Source of the DNA: Gnetum montanum
Lineage: Eukaryota; Plantae; Gnetophyta
Direction of reading: 5' to 3'
DNA: 64,000 nt
Assembly: GCA_015680685.1 (NCBI GenBank)
Contig: MNCI01000003.1
Coordinates: forward strand, 666,193-730,192
In this document: one piece after another, positions 50,457 through 64,000 of the stretch
Layout of the letters: every line of letters begins with the position of its first letter
How positions within the stretch are numbered: the first letter of the stretch is position 1
Translations under genes and position numbers: made by a program
The notes under the pieces: generated by a model
Database searches by the model: none
What the model was told of the DNA's origin: nothing
What the model saw: only the letters and a program-made list of their open reading frames with translations

Positions 50457-52733
50457 AAAATAAGGGTGTAGTTGTGGACTAACCTTTTAGAATGTCAACA
50501 TAGTCATTACACAAGTTCACAACAAATGTGAAAAATAAGTGTGTGCACAAGAGAGAGCAAAGGCCACTAAACCAAAAGACACCTAGTGGTCAACAACTAA
50601 GAACTTCTAAGTATCTAAAACATGCATGAAAACATCTGAACTAATTATTAACTCCTATTCTAAGAAAATGTCCCCAATTGAGAGCACACAAAAGGAAATA
50701 CTACACCATTATTATACACTAATAGAAAGAGGAACTAAGGACTTAGATGATTAAAATTCAATTACCATCAAGATTACATGGGACAATAGCTGAAAAAAGA
50801 ATTCACTAAGGATGGTAAGTACAAAACCTTAAGTGTATGATCCAAGATAACTAGGGTGCATTTTTCAAACACTTGCCCATGAGTTCAGTCATGGAGGAGA
50901 TGTCTTATCTTGATCTAGGAATTAATAAGTGTTTTTCAATTTTTTGTTTTATAATTCTTTTTAATTTCTAATTCCTTTATATACATTTTTCTTTTCTTAA
51001 TACTTTTTCACATTCTTTAATATCTTCTCATTCTTTTATACTTTTTCATTTCTTAAATTTTTTCATATTCTTTGAAAATCTTTCATTCTTACTATCTTTG
51101 CAATTTTTGATATCTTTTACAATTTTTTCTATGCCTTGCTATTATTCTTACTTGTACATATTTTTGTCAATGTTCAATAAAACACACCAAATAAGGCAAG
51201 ATGTAGTCCCAATACAGTGAGGATTTCTTTATATTATCAATCATAAGGGATTAATTATCTATATAGTGAGACTAAACCATTCATCCATCCATTTCAATAA
51301 TAAGAGGTTCTTACCATGGCCATAATGATATTCTTTTCATAATAAAACTAAGAATAAACTTGTGATCATTATGCCGAGATAGAAGAGTGAAGAACCAAGT
51401 GGGAATGCAAAGGGTGTGACATCAAGGGGATTTGTGGACTCTCTTGGATTACTTTTGTATGTTCTATCATGTTGCTAAGGTTGTATTATATCCTTGTAGA
51501 TTTAACAAAAAATGGGAGTAAGAGTAAAATAAGTTTTGCCTTACCATGTCATTAGAAATACATGTTACCCATGCTTGAAGATAGTCCTCTAGTAAGGTTG
51601 ACACAAATAAAAATAAAAGAGCAGAAAATAAATTTTTGGGGATTCCATTGGAAAGACATGTTACTGATGCTTGAAGGTAGGTAGCTTCTCAAAAATCTAA
51701 AAAACATAAAAAGTACAATGAATAAACTCCTCCCTTGGACAATACACCAAGTGGTAATACTCCTTGCAACAATGGTAGTCTTACGATTGTAATGCTTAGA
51801 GATGAAACAATGTAATGTCACTAGAAAGTGCTTTGGACTTGGTTTGAATCTTGGATAGAAAGGCTAATGATTACTTTAACCAGTAATAACACATAAGGAT
51901 TCATTATGCTTATGGTAAGATACCTCACGTCCAAAGTTCAGCAATCCTTTCTCTTGTCCATCTCACCTCACTATATATTTAATCATAATTTGTGGTTTTG
52001 TATAATGTAGTGTTATTTTCCCAATTTGGTGATACTAACATCTATCTTTTGCTAGATAGGTATGTCTTACATTCAACTCCTTGAGTTCCTAAGGACACTT
52101 TTAGGCATGGTTATACAAGGGCACTACAGGCTAGAGCCTACTTTGTGGAGGACCCACTTGTATAACTCTTGTATTTCATACTTACCAAGTAGTTTTACAT
52201 GATCTTGTGCCTTCCAAAACATCTAATAAAATTTCCATATCATCTAATAATTTGGTCATGGATTAGAAATTCATTATCCATTTCTTATCCATACCATAAA
52301 CTTTTGTTGCTTGAGATTTCTTCTTCATGAACCTTGAACACTAACTTATTGAAAATTGTGCATCACTCATGGCTCATGATCATCTAGACAAGCTTTATAT
52401 CTTCCAAACATTTCATTTAACTCATTTTTTCAAGAAAAACCAATGAAAAATTTGAATTTTTTTAATAGTGACATTGTAGTTACAATGTTGTAGGCACCTA
52501 TGATGTCCTATTTATGATGTATGATCTATGATGTTGTAAATATAAAAATAGTATATATACATGTAGGAGCTAGTGAAATTTTCATTTCTCTCATTTTTAG
52601 CAAGAGAAGTTTTTGTAGTTTTTCCTCAACCCTCTTGCACACTAGCTTCCAAAGGTCATAACTTCATCCTTGTAGCTTTGATTTCCAAAATTCTTCAATC
52701 CTATTGATCCTGAAGTGCTCAACTTAGTCGTCA

Positions 52734-52782
52734 GGGTGGGGGGGATTTGGGGAGGGGGGGGGGGGGGGGGTGGGGAGGGAGG
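52734..52782 (+). repeat. Poly-G / G-quadruplex-capable tract
   Basis: gggtgggggggatttggggaG17tggggagggagg. Confidence 0.8.
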
Positions 52783-55700
52783 CATGGATGCATTACATGA
52801 TATAAGAGAATGAAAATTTGAAAACTTGGGTGACAAATTCCTAATGCTTGGAAGATATTATAAAGGGTAAGCACAAGAAGATAATAAGAACCTTAAAGTT
52901 AATCAACCAAACTAAGGCCAGAAAGATTAAGATAATACTCCTAATAGACCATATCAACTATTTTAGGCCATAATCAGCAAGGAAAATGATAGAAGGTCAT
53001 AAGTAATTAACACTTAATGGGTTCCTTTTCAAAAATTTTTCTAATTCTTTAATCATAATATGATAAGAACTTGATTTAACCAAAGGGTATGAGTAAGGTA
53101 AAGAGCTATTAAGAACTAGTGTGAACATTCTAATAACTTCATATCCATGTTGATTGTTGATAATCCCAAAGAGATCACCAGAAGGAGGACCTTCACAACA
53201 TGGAAGCTATAAGGATGCAACTTCAAGCATCTCCTATATGACCTACACTAATTAATAGTGGAGAATAGTACTTAGGAGAAATGTACTAATTCTAGTGAAA
53301 TAAATAAGCTAATGAAATAGTTAAAACTAAGGAAGTCTTTGTGCCATACTTAGTAGATGGAGCAGATGGAAAAGAAGACAAGGACAGAAGAGGAAAAACT
53401 TCAGGAACTCTTGAACATATATCAATTCTAGAAGCCTAAAAACAAAGGAAAGAAGTTGATGGAAGAGCCACCACCTCCTAAAATATGAACTACATCGAGC
53501 CACCTTAAATTTTGTTTTTTGTTTTCATGTAACTGTGTCATTTTTTGTACATACCATTGCAACACTCAGAGTCAGTTAGTAGTTAGAGTTAATCAATAAT
53601 CCCATACATTCCCAATATTTTGTAAAAAGACTTATTCCTCCTTTTGTTCACTTGAAGATGATTTTTCATTCAGTTGTGATGGAATGATAAATTGTATTTC
53701 CAATACCTTAGCCCTGATATTGAAGCACATGCTATGACATTGGACAACCAATATCATGGAATGTGTGCTTACCTATCAATACAACACTTGGGGGCATGAT
53801 TCGAATAACTTTTCATTCCATCATTAGGTAGACTCTTGCAATTTGTTTTTGTAGTTTTAGTAATAGAGTGAATGCCCACAGTTTGGTGTTGAGTAGTTGT
53901 ACAAAATATTTATTCGAGTGAAGTGTACTTGGGCATAGTTCATGTGCAGAAATAAAGATTGAGATTACTTTTCATCATTCCTACATCCACTTAGTTTTAT
54001 TATTTTACTTAGCATAGTTTTTATTGTTTTCTTAGCTTAATCATTTACATTTCCAAGTACTTTACTTTCTTGTCCAGTAGAAAAGTGAAATGAGTACGAC
54101 TGGTTTCAAGCATTTAAGTGTAATCATTTGGTAATCCCAGTAGTGTTATAGTTTGGTTTTCCTAGTAGCATAACACTTGGTAACCTAGTAATGGTTACAT
54201 GAGTTCAAGACATGTATGATAAGCGAGGATCATATGCTCATTACTCTAGGTTAGTTTAGAATTATCTTCTTGTTGTTAGTTAGATTAAATATATAATTTC
54301 TCTCTTAGTGTTAAGATTAGTTTAAGGTCGTAACAACATCAATTATCATATGCCTCACTTTTGACTAAATCATAAGTGATAAGCCTACCACTAGTCTAAG
54401 TAGGAAGATAGCTTCCTATGATCAATGGTTAATAATCTAGATACCACAACTAGTTTCATCCATGAAATTCAACTAGATCATGTATGAATGCTTGCGATTC
54501 ATATGGTTGGGCATAGGGTTACTTGTTGCTCATCAGATAATTTCCAATACAGTAGATGAACTAAAATTTAGCTCAATTTTTGCAAGATTCTCATAGCCAA
54601 ATTATAGATATATATTATAAATATATAATTAAGCTAGTATTTACAAAGCAGGTAAATCCTTTTTTGTTGGAGAAAAAATCTTGACTTATTGTAACAAAAC
54701 ATTGAGTTATGAATCCTTCTGGTGAAATTAGGTAAAATAAAAATTAAAATAGATTTTAATCAAATAAAATTTTAAAACATAAGTAATTAAAGAATACATA
54801 ATTAATTATAATCAAAGGAAAATAATTATATAAAAATAAAAGAAAAATTTTAAAAATTATGAAGAACAAATGAAGAAAAATTTAAATAATGAGATGTTAG
54901 CTTGACATGAAAAACTAAGGTCATAGGTTCAATTATAATTAGCAACATCAAATTATAGACAAAAAAATACATAAAAGAAATTTTGAAACTAGTGTGGTCA
55001 CTATAGAGTCTGATGAAGCATCAAAGTATCATGTTAACGAGCCCCTGTTGATCTGCATCGACATGGCCTCATCAACATGGTGTTGCCCTGTTGATGGGGC
55101 CACATCAACGTAGCATTTGTTGTGGTTATGAGGCCCCATTGATGCAACTCCATAATAAAGTCTATAAGTACATGCTCATCCATCGTGTTTATGGGGAGGT
55201 CTTGTCATCGTTGTAGCAAATCTCTTATAGTTTTATCATTTAAAAGTTAGAATATTTTTTCTGAGTGCCCGCAGTAGGAGTCAAAAAGTGTACAGATCTT
55301 TATTTGAGCACTAATGTCCTTGAGCACACTAGTATCAATGGCAATAAAGATGAGCCTTTTAATCAAACCTTGCAGCACTTGGAATACATTAATGATTTAT
55401 TTCTGTATTTATAATTTTTATTAATTACACAATTAATTGAGATAAGTAAGACTTTAATCAAATTAACTAATTAAGCTAAATAGATTAAACACATAAGTAC
55501 AACCGCTTCAAGCATAACATGTAGCGCTTGGCAATCCTAGTAGTGCTTAATGCTTGGTAACCTAGCAATGTTGTATGCATTTAGGATGTGTACGGAAAGT
55601 GAGATCAGATGCTTAGGTTAGGATAGTTAGTTATTAATTAGCAATTAGATTAGTTAAATTGGTTAATAAATTGAGTTTCAACTTGTTATCAATCATAGGT

Positions 55701-56185
55701 GAATAAAATATAAAATAATAAAAATCATGTGCCCCAGTTACACTTAATCATACAACTAAGCTTTACAAGTGTAGTTGGGAAGATAATGATTGTCACAATT
55801 AGATTTAACTTCCTAGAACCAGTGTACTTAGGAACTTAAGGATTGCGGAATTTGACCAAATTGCACATGAACGCTTGTAATTCATATGGTTGGGTGTAGG
55901 GTATACTCGCCACTCATCATTGGCGTTGTTGCTAGGGATGTTTAGTTTGTTATGTGTGCTATGTAGGACTTATAAAAAAAATTATTTAACATTGTTGGAA
56001 AAAACCCTAAAGTCATATCATACATCAAAATAACTACAACAATTATAAGAAAGCACACTACATTTCTTGTCTTCTAATACAAGATGTCTTCTTCTTATAG
56101 GAGTGAATCTTTGTCCAAGTCTGACAGAGTAAATCAGTAGGTATCCCATTAATACAAAGTGAGATATTCTCATCCTGATGAGTAT

Positions 56186-57146
56186 TGATGAATCACCAAT
56201 TAGGTGGGATATTGTTGATGCTATGTTGCATCTGTGATATTGTTGATGCTAAATCACATCTATTTGACAAAAAGTCAATTTTTGGTTAGCTAAGATATCA
56301 AAGCTCCGATATCGGAGCCGTGATGTCACATATATGATATCAAATCACATGCTATCGAATATCCAGTATTGGGGGTTGTGTGCTAGCCTATAAATATAAC
56401 ACTTGGGTGCATAATTTGTGAGTTAATTAGTCAATAATGTAGCTAAACTCTTGCAATTTTATTTTGTAGTCTTAGAGAATAGTTAGTAAGTGCTTGCAGT
56501 GTGGATTTGAGTTAGTTGTACGATGTCTTATGTGAGTGGTAATGTACTTGGACACATTCCATGAATGACAATACGATCGAGATTGATTCTTATTCATTGC
56601 AGCACTTTGACTTAGATTAAATTTACTTTCCATGCAATTTACTTTTCATGTACTTAGTTAATATTTACATTTCCATGCATATTAATGAACTAGTGGAATG
56701 AGCGTGACTAGTTTTGAGCGTAAACACGTATTCGCTTGGTAACCCCAGTAGCATGATTGCTTGGTTCACCTAGTAGCATAGCGCTTGGTAATCCCAATAG
56801 TGGATATGTGGCTTTAGGATGTGTACGACAAGTTGGGAATGGATACTCATCATCCATAGGCTAGTCTAGACTTTATTTTTCATTTTTAATTAACTTAATT
56901 AATTTATTTCTTTATTACCATTAGGATTAGCATAAGGCCAAAACAATATCAATTATCATATGCCTCACTTTGGACTAAATCATACGTGATAAATTTGCCA
57001 CTAGTCCAAGTGGGAAGATAGTAAACTATGATCAAGACATAGTAATCTAGATGCCACAACTAGTCCCATCAATGGAATTTAATCAGATTGTGCATGAACG
57101 TTTGTGATTCATATGGTTGGGCATAGGGGTACCTCATTTCTCATTA
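56186..57146 (+). mobile_element. Solo LTR (same superfamily, similar to the element B LTR) inserted in element E, TSD AGTAT
   Basis: agtat at 56181-56185 and 57147-57151; starts TGATG, ends ctcatta (CA>TA); no PBS follows. Confidence 0.88.
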
Positions 57147-60100
57147 AGTATATACCCAATTTTACCTTCATCCTACACTAGGATGAATAATTATGGTGGC
57201 GAGATATGAAGGGTAACATTGTGTTGCCACTCAATCTATCCATTCCTATGATGCTCTACCAAACTCTTATATAGTTGGATATCTAAGGGCTTCATGTTGA
57301 ATATGTTGTGCAGGATAGTGATGCTAGGGGTTATCATTCCATCGATGCACATCATTTGAGGGATCAACATCTATAGTAGCATTACAAGTCTATGAAGGGG
57401 AAGTGGTCCAATGATTTCCCATTCTTGATGTATCAAAAAGATGGTGGAGAACCATTCTTTAGGGGTTTTCTATATAGAGAGACTCCTCTCTTTAACTTTA
57501 GTGAAGGAGGTCAAAATCGGAACTTGCAATCTATGATACATAATCTTGGTTTTGGCAAGAATGGATCCCATGACAAAGGGGGATCCAAGGAGGAGACTCA
57601 TGATAGGGATGTGGGTATGTAGCATGATCATGATCATGGTTACAATCATCGAAGAGGAGGTGGTAGGCACCATGATAATGCTAGGCATTCTTCCTCTTCA
57701 CCTTCGTCATCATCTTCTTCATATTCTAGCTCTGAACGTAACCATAGGGGATGTGATCATGATGGAGATGACTGATGGGACCAAGATGATTGTAGGGACC
57801 ATTGGAAAAGTCAAGATTTCAGGCATGAACATTCAAGAGAGGCTTGTCGTCATGAATGGAGGGGTAGCAGAGGGCATTGTAGGCATTTGGGTTATGGCTA
57901 TGATGAACCTTTACTTGCTACCCAAAGCATGCTAAAAATCGTAGAGGCAGTGAGAATTTTGATAAGGCATATGAAATATAGTAGGATCAAGTGATTGGAT
58001 ATGGACAACGCCCCCAAGTTTGAGGAGGGATATAACTTTGATCCAAAAAATCATTTTAAGGATTTTCACAATGTTTATGCCTTACAAAATATAAAAAATG
58101 ATAGGCAAAAGCTTAAGTTGTTTCCTAGGATACTCATCAAAGAAGTAGAAAGCTAGTATTGGTTCTTGGAGTTAGAATCAATCCATAAATGAAGTTGCTT
58201 AAAAAACTATTTAATGACAAGTATCAAACGTACTCCCAAGTGTCTAATTTGAGAAGGAAAATCTAGGGTTAGAAGTAAGGAATACATGAGTGCTTAGATG
58301 TTGCTATGGATAGATATTATTTCTTATTACATCAATGCCCTAGCCATGGTTACTCTCAACAAGAACAACTTCGTGACATCATAGATGGGCTTCACTTTGA
58401 ACTGAGGAGCACTCTTGGGATCTACACCCAAGGAAAACTATCAGAATTAAGAGCCCATTAGATCCAAAGGTTGATCGAGTAGGTAGCAAAAGAAGAAGGA
58501 GAGTTAAGGAAACACGAAAGTGCAGAAGAATACAATCAAGATCCTTCCATTCACAAGAGGGAGGTCTGATTTTATGACAGTGAGGAGGAATCACCACTTG
58601 ATGAGGAGGTGAATTGGAAAACCTTGTCAATTCAAAAATTTACCTTTGAAATTTCAGCTAAGGTAGATAATTTATGGAACTCTATGGATAGCAGATTTCA
58701 AGCTATTCTAAAACTTATTGAAGAGTCTTAAGAACAAAGTAGTGATCATGACTAGAGAAGGCAAAATGAAGCTACACATGCCAATCAAATGGGCAAGGGT
58801 AGGATTGCTATAATAGAGAAAGTTGCAAAAATTGAATCAGATAATGGGTGTGACATCTGCCAATATGAACATTCTAAGGGATGTTGCCCCATCGTGTCAC
58901 ACTTACAAGAGTTTTGGGTGTATGTTTTGAATCAACGAATAGGAAAAAGACAAACACCTAGAAGATTACCTTATTCTCAGGGCAATCCCAGGCAGTTCCA
59001 TCAACAACAACAATATTATCCAAGTGGAACTCCACCACAATTGTACGAGTAGTATTAATAGTGGTAGTAACCACAATCATGGGGGATACCACTGCCAAGG
59101 TAGTAGTACCCTTATAAGTAGCTAGATCCATATGGGTATTATGTTCAGCAACCCCTATCTCCACATGACTCTTCCAGTCATGTTTCTCCTTTCCAACATT
59201 ACTACTATCCTCTCAAATACTATAGAGCTTATTCTCCACATTCTAGAAGGGATACCACATTTCATCCTTATCCTTGTCTTGTTCTTGCACTTGTTCCTCC
59301 ATCCTCAATGCAGCTACTACCTCCTCCATTCATGCAAGGTGAACTTCCAGGCCAATCACAACAACAAAATGTTAACAGGGTAGTCAATCTAAAATTAGTT
59401 AATCAACTGAGTGGTTCAGAACCTCATGCTTGTAAAAGATCATTTTTTCAACCCAACAACCTTACTAAGCCCTCACACACTCAAGCAGTTGATCACCTTG
59501 ATCCTACCTTATCCTCTACAAACCATTCCATTGAGAACCATTCAAACCAAATGCCATCCAAAATCCATACTATTATGATCAATCATGTTGTATCTGATTG
59601 GATCCATGCTGAAAACCTTTCCAGGAAATTAGTTGATCTTGGGAGTCCTCTTATCTATTTGTAGATTGCTAGTAATGAACCATGTAAAGCTCTTCTTGAT
59701 TCAGGTTTTGTTGTGAACTTGATTTCTCATGAGATGTATACTACCTAGAACTTGTTGCCTCTCAAGAAGAGTAATATCGGGTTGGAATTGGCAAACCAGT
59801 CCATTATTGTTTCATTAGAACTGGTAGAAGACATTGTGATGATTGTTTGTGGGTGGTCTTATTCTACCAATTTTCTAATAATCAAGGTTGAGAACTATAA
59901 AGGGGACTTCTCAATCATTATGAGAAAGGCATGGCTAACAAGTGTTGATGAAAGAATGGACATTAGAGATATTTTCCTAGAGATATATAAGGAAAATGCA
60001 TTTGGAAGGATCGAGAAGAAGTGAGTTCCATGCATCACGTACAATGATACAGGGTGCAATTACGTGCAGAAACTTTGGTTTGTGAAATAAGCATCTATTT

Positions 60101-63100
60101 TTGCATGTAGGTAGTGTGCACATGAAGTAGATATTCAAAGGTGTCTGCACATAACAGCCAAAAAATAAGAGGATGCCTAGTGGTTGATTGTTGATTTTGA
60201 AAGTAGCACAATGTGCATGGAAGTTACTGAGACCCTAACATGTGCTTATGTCATAGGCATGGATGAACTAGAGCAAGTTCATTATCAATCCTTTGATAAT
60301 GAAAATTATGATACCAATTGGGAAGAGTTGGAGATCTCAGAGAATTTCAACCAAGAGCCCCTAGAGTTGAAAACTCTACTTGCCAACCTGGAATATGCAT
60401 TTTTGAAAAATGACAAGTTGATCATACTTAATGCCAAACTTGATCTTGAGAAAAACGAAAAACTGTTGAAAGTGGTCAACAGATGGCTGACAACCTTTGC
60501 TTGGTCATATCCTAAACTCATTGGAATTGATCCACGGATATGCTAGCACTGCATTTATATTGATTTATCCATGAAGCCAAGGAGGCAACCACAATGGTGG
60601 TTGAATCTAAAATTGAAGCAAATCGTCAAAGAGGAGATTGAGAAACTCCTTAAGGTAGGGTTCATCTACCCCACTGTAGATAGCGAGTGGGTGAGCCCAC
60701 TCATGATAGTGCCCAAGAGAGATGGAAAATGATAAGTTTGTATCAACTTTAGGCTGTTAAACATGGCAACATTCAAAGATCATTTTCTGTTTCCATTCAT
60801 TGATTAGGTGTTACACACTATATCTGGGCATTGGTATTATAGTTTTCTAGATGATTATAGTGGCTATAACCAAATCTAGATTACACTAGAGGACTAGGTG
60901 AAAACAACATTCACAAGTCCCTATTGAACCTTTACATATCACAAGATGCCTTTTGATCTGTGTAATGCTCCTACCACTTTCCAACATCTAGCCTTAAGCA
61001 TCTTTTAGTAGCAAATTGGTGGTGGAGTGAAAGTCTTTATGGATGACTTCTCCACTTATGGCTCTACATTCGAGCAAGCCTTGGATTGCCTTGAGCAAGT
61101 ACTCAAAAGATGTATGGAAATAAATCTGTGGCTCAACTGGCAAAAGAGCTATCTCATGGTCCAAGAAGGCATTGTATTGGGGCATAGAGTTTTGCAGGAA
61201 AGGGTCAAGGTAAACTCTAAAAAGATAATGGTCATCCAATGAATCACTTGTCAACTAGAAACTATAAAAGATGTTCAGTTATTCCTTGGATACATTAGTT
61301 ACTATAAAAAATGTATAGAGAATTTCTCTAAGCTCATAAAATCATTGGGCAAACTAATGAAGAAAGATGCTCCATCCATTTGAACTAAGAAATGCAAAAA
61401 TGCATTCTAGAGCCTTAAGCAGAAGCTCGTAGATACTCTAATCCTACAGGCACTTGATTGGTCTAGACCATTTTATATAGTGATAGATGTATCAAATTAT
61501 GTCTTGGGAGGTATGCTTACATAATTGGATGACATTAAACATCCATATTATATCCACTGTGCAAGCCAAAGTATTATGGATGTGCACTTGAATTGCATCA
61601 CCATAGAGAAAGAATTGATGATGGTGGTGTATGCTCTAGAAAATTTTAGGCACTATGTGCTTAGATATAAAGAGTTTGTGCACACTAATCATAGTGCCAT
61701 CTACTTCCTGATGAATAAGCCAATGGTAAGTCCCTATGTCATATGGTGGCTTGTGATCTTACAAAAATTCGATCTCACAATGGTAGATTGAAAGGGGACT
61801 AAGAATGTGTTTGCTGATCACTTGTCTTGGTTATAATGGGATAACAAAGATAAGAAGAGCCTACTCTCTAACCAATTTCTTGGTGAACTTCTCTTTATTG
61901 ATGTATTAAATAAGTAAGTGCCCATAGAATCCAAATTGTATGATGACATCCTCACTTATCTTCTCACTCAGAAGATGCCACAAGATTTGGACTATAGGAA
62001 GAAACAAAAATTTCTTCATTGGGCTAAGAACTTCATGGAAATCAATGGACACCTTTACAAGGTGTGCATTGATGGCTTGGTTCATTGGTGTGTCCCTATC
62101 ATGGATCAATTACGCGTTCTCTAGGATGCTCATGAAGACCCTTACAAAGGCCACTATGCAAGGAAATGCATGACCATAAAAATCCTAATGGTAGGATATT
62201 ATTAGCCCACAATCTTCAAGGAGTTTGTCTAATCTTGTAAGCATTATCAACAAGATGGTGGAATGACTGCATGAATGGAGGAGGGTCCTCAATAGTGGAT
62301 TCAACCACTGGAATCCTTTGACATATGGTGAATAGATTTCATGGGTTCCATCATGCCCATGTTTAATAGGAAGACATATATTATCATAACCATTGACTAC
62401 TGTACCAAATGGGTAGAAGGAGAAATCGTTGTTGATTGAACATCATCCACTACTGTTTGATTTGTACAACAACACATTGTAAATAGGCTTGGGATGCCAC
62501 GTACATTGATTTTTAACAATGGAATACACTTTACAAACACTACTTTTCAGAAACTCATGTAATGCTTGGGGGTTGAACATAAATTAACAACACCCTATCA
62601 TCCCCAAGCCAATAGTTAAGTAGAGGTTACTAACAGGGAGATCACAAAGATTCTAACAAGAGCTGTTAGCAAATATAGGAGAGATTGGAGCACCAAACTA
62701 GATGATGTCCTTTGGGCCTATCACTTAACATGGAAACTCCCTATTGGCTACTCTCCCTATGAGTTGGTATATAGAAAACTTCCAATGCTTCCAATTCAGT
62801 CTGAGCTTTGTACACTCTCAACAGCCTATGACCTAGACCTTGACCTAAGTCTAGCACAAAAAGAAAGACTGATCAACCTAAATGTGCTAGATGAAAATTG
62901 ATTACTGGCCTTGTCCTTAAATGAAGTGCACAAGAAATTTAACAAACAACGACATGACCTAAGAATTATAAGGATTAAACTTCAACCTAGAGATAAGGTC
63001 CTCTATTAGAACCCCACACATGTTTCTCAAAAAACCAAGTTTCAAACATTGTGGGAGAGGCCTTATATAATCGATGAAACCTTTCCTTCTAGGGCCATTA

Positions 63101-63150
63101 TCATATACAAACCTGAAAGAAGCAGTTGCTCAATATCCAATAGGTAAAGC
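57147..63150 (+). pseudogene. gag-pol relic of element E (gag, protease ~59630-59950, RT ~60540-61250, RNase H ~61440-61790, integrase ~62100-63140)
   Basis: CDICQYEHSKGCCP knuckle, KALLDSG, WVSPLMIVPK, KVFMDDF, IEKELMMVVYALENFRHY, IDFMG, IDYCTKWVE, TTPYHPQAN; many premature stops. Confidence 0.9.
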
Positions 63151-64000
63151 CTTTCCATGAGCCTAAGCAAGCTAGTTCAACAAGTACTTTAACAAATGGA
63201 CAACCATGCTAAAGTTTTTGAATCTCTGCCTTCCAACTTAGTTGTGGGGGAGATGGTCATCTATGCTAACCATATACATGGCTCCTCAATTTTTCTATTT
63301 TTGTTTTACACATTTTTATTTTTTTGCAAATTATTTATTTTATACCTTTTTGATTTTAAAATTTTTTTCTATTTACACCATTTCTTGTTTTACACCATTG
63401 TTAATACATTTAAATATTTCTTGAATATTTTACACTTTCTTATATATTTTACTTTATTTTAGTGTGATTTTATAATTTCTATTAATAAATGTGCTTTATG
63501 CCAATAAAACATAGTGATGATGTAGCTATTGCTAATGGTGGTTTGTGCTTAATGTTTTGTTTGCTAATGTCTAGTTTCTATTTTTGAATTTTTTTTACCA
63601 ATGACCGAGGCACAGTTTCTTTTTCATAGAATAGTTAGTGAGTCCACAACATCCACCCATCCACAAAAATCTAAGGTTTTTCTCTTTTTGGGAATATGAG
63701 GCACCTTTCATTAAATAAACCTTTAATAAATTTGTGACCTTGGTGGTTTCTAGAATTAGGAAGGATTCAAAGGTTTGCACAAGATGTGACTTTAAGGGGA
63801 TTTACTACTCTTTGTACTCTTTTACTTGGATGCATGAGTGTTTTCATGGATTACTTACCATTCTGTGTTGCCATCAACTAGAAGTTAAATAAGTATTTGC
63901 ATGGTGTGGTTCCCATCTATTAAAAAACAAAAAATCAAAAAAAAAGAAAAAGAAAAAGAAAAAAGAAAAAATGGTGGGAATTCAAAGCACATCCCTTAGA

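Larger units (their letters stand above)
39212..54535 (+). mobile_element. Athila-like element C: pol-less, both LTRs present, TSD GATAA; host of nested element D
   Basis: LTRs 39212-40085 and 53685-54535 (TG..CA); gataa at 39207-39211 and 54536-54540; PBS at 40087; gag relic; no PR/RT/INT motifs seen; extra ORF reduced to its two ends (53160-53488). Confidence 0.92.
55011..64000 (+). mobile_element. Athila-like element E: 5' LTR, PBS and complete but decayed gag-pol; continues beyond the window
   Basis: LTR 55011-55919 (TG..CA); PBS ttggcgttgttgctaggga; domain order gag-PR-RT-RH-INT. Confidence 0.92.

Overview
Repeat-rich plant nuclear DNA. One host gene is supportable: a minus-strand MIKC-type MADS-box transcription factor. 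It has a putative leader exon (~32760-33015), a 182-nt coding MADS exon (ATG 32385 to 32204) and, after a 14.4-kb TE-filled intron, a 76-nt I-domain exon (17762-17687, SMRKTIERYQKF...) that the ORF track misses. No K/C exons were found, so they probably lie left of the window (second intron >17.6 kb). From memory the protein resembles Lycopodium LAMB-type MIKC proteins, suggesting a clubmoss host; this is unverified. Most of the rest is decayed retrotransposon DNA. There are five Athila-like Ty3/gypsy elements (tRNA-Asp PBS in four; TG..CA LTRs; intact 5-bp TSDs on a nested pair and on a solo LTR), Copia and gypsy fragments, two LINE relics and two tRNA-like short-repeat families. CpG survives mainly in two islands (30.2-33.9 kb, 36.4-38.4 kb) and in the youngest element. 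The most notable pattern is in the Athila-like family. It carries a separate ~900-codon sense ORF (MAPKR start, LPFPCLI..LC motif, long coiled-coil-like tail) behind its own internal TATA box. The palindromic motif array before that TATA mirrors each element's own LTR U3 array, and pol is absent or not visible in some copies.
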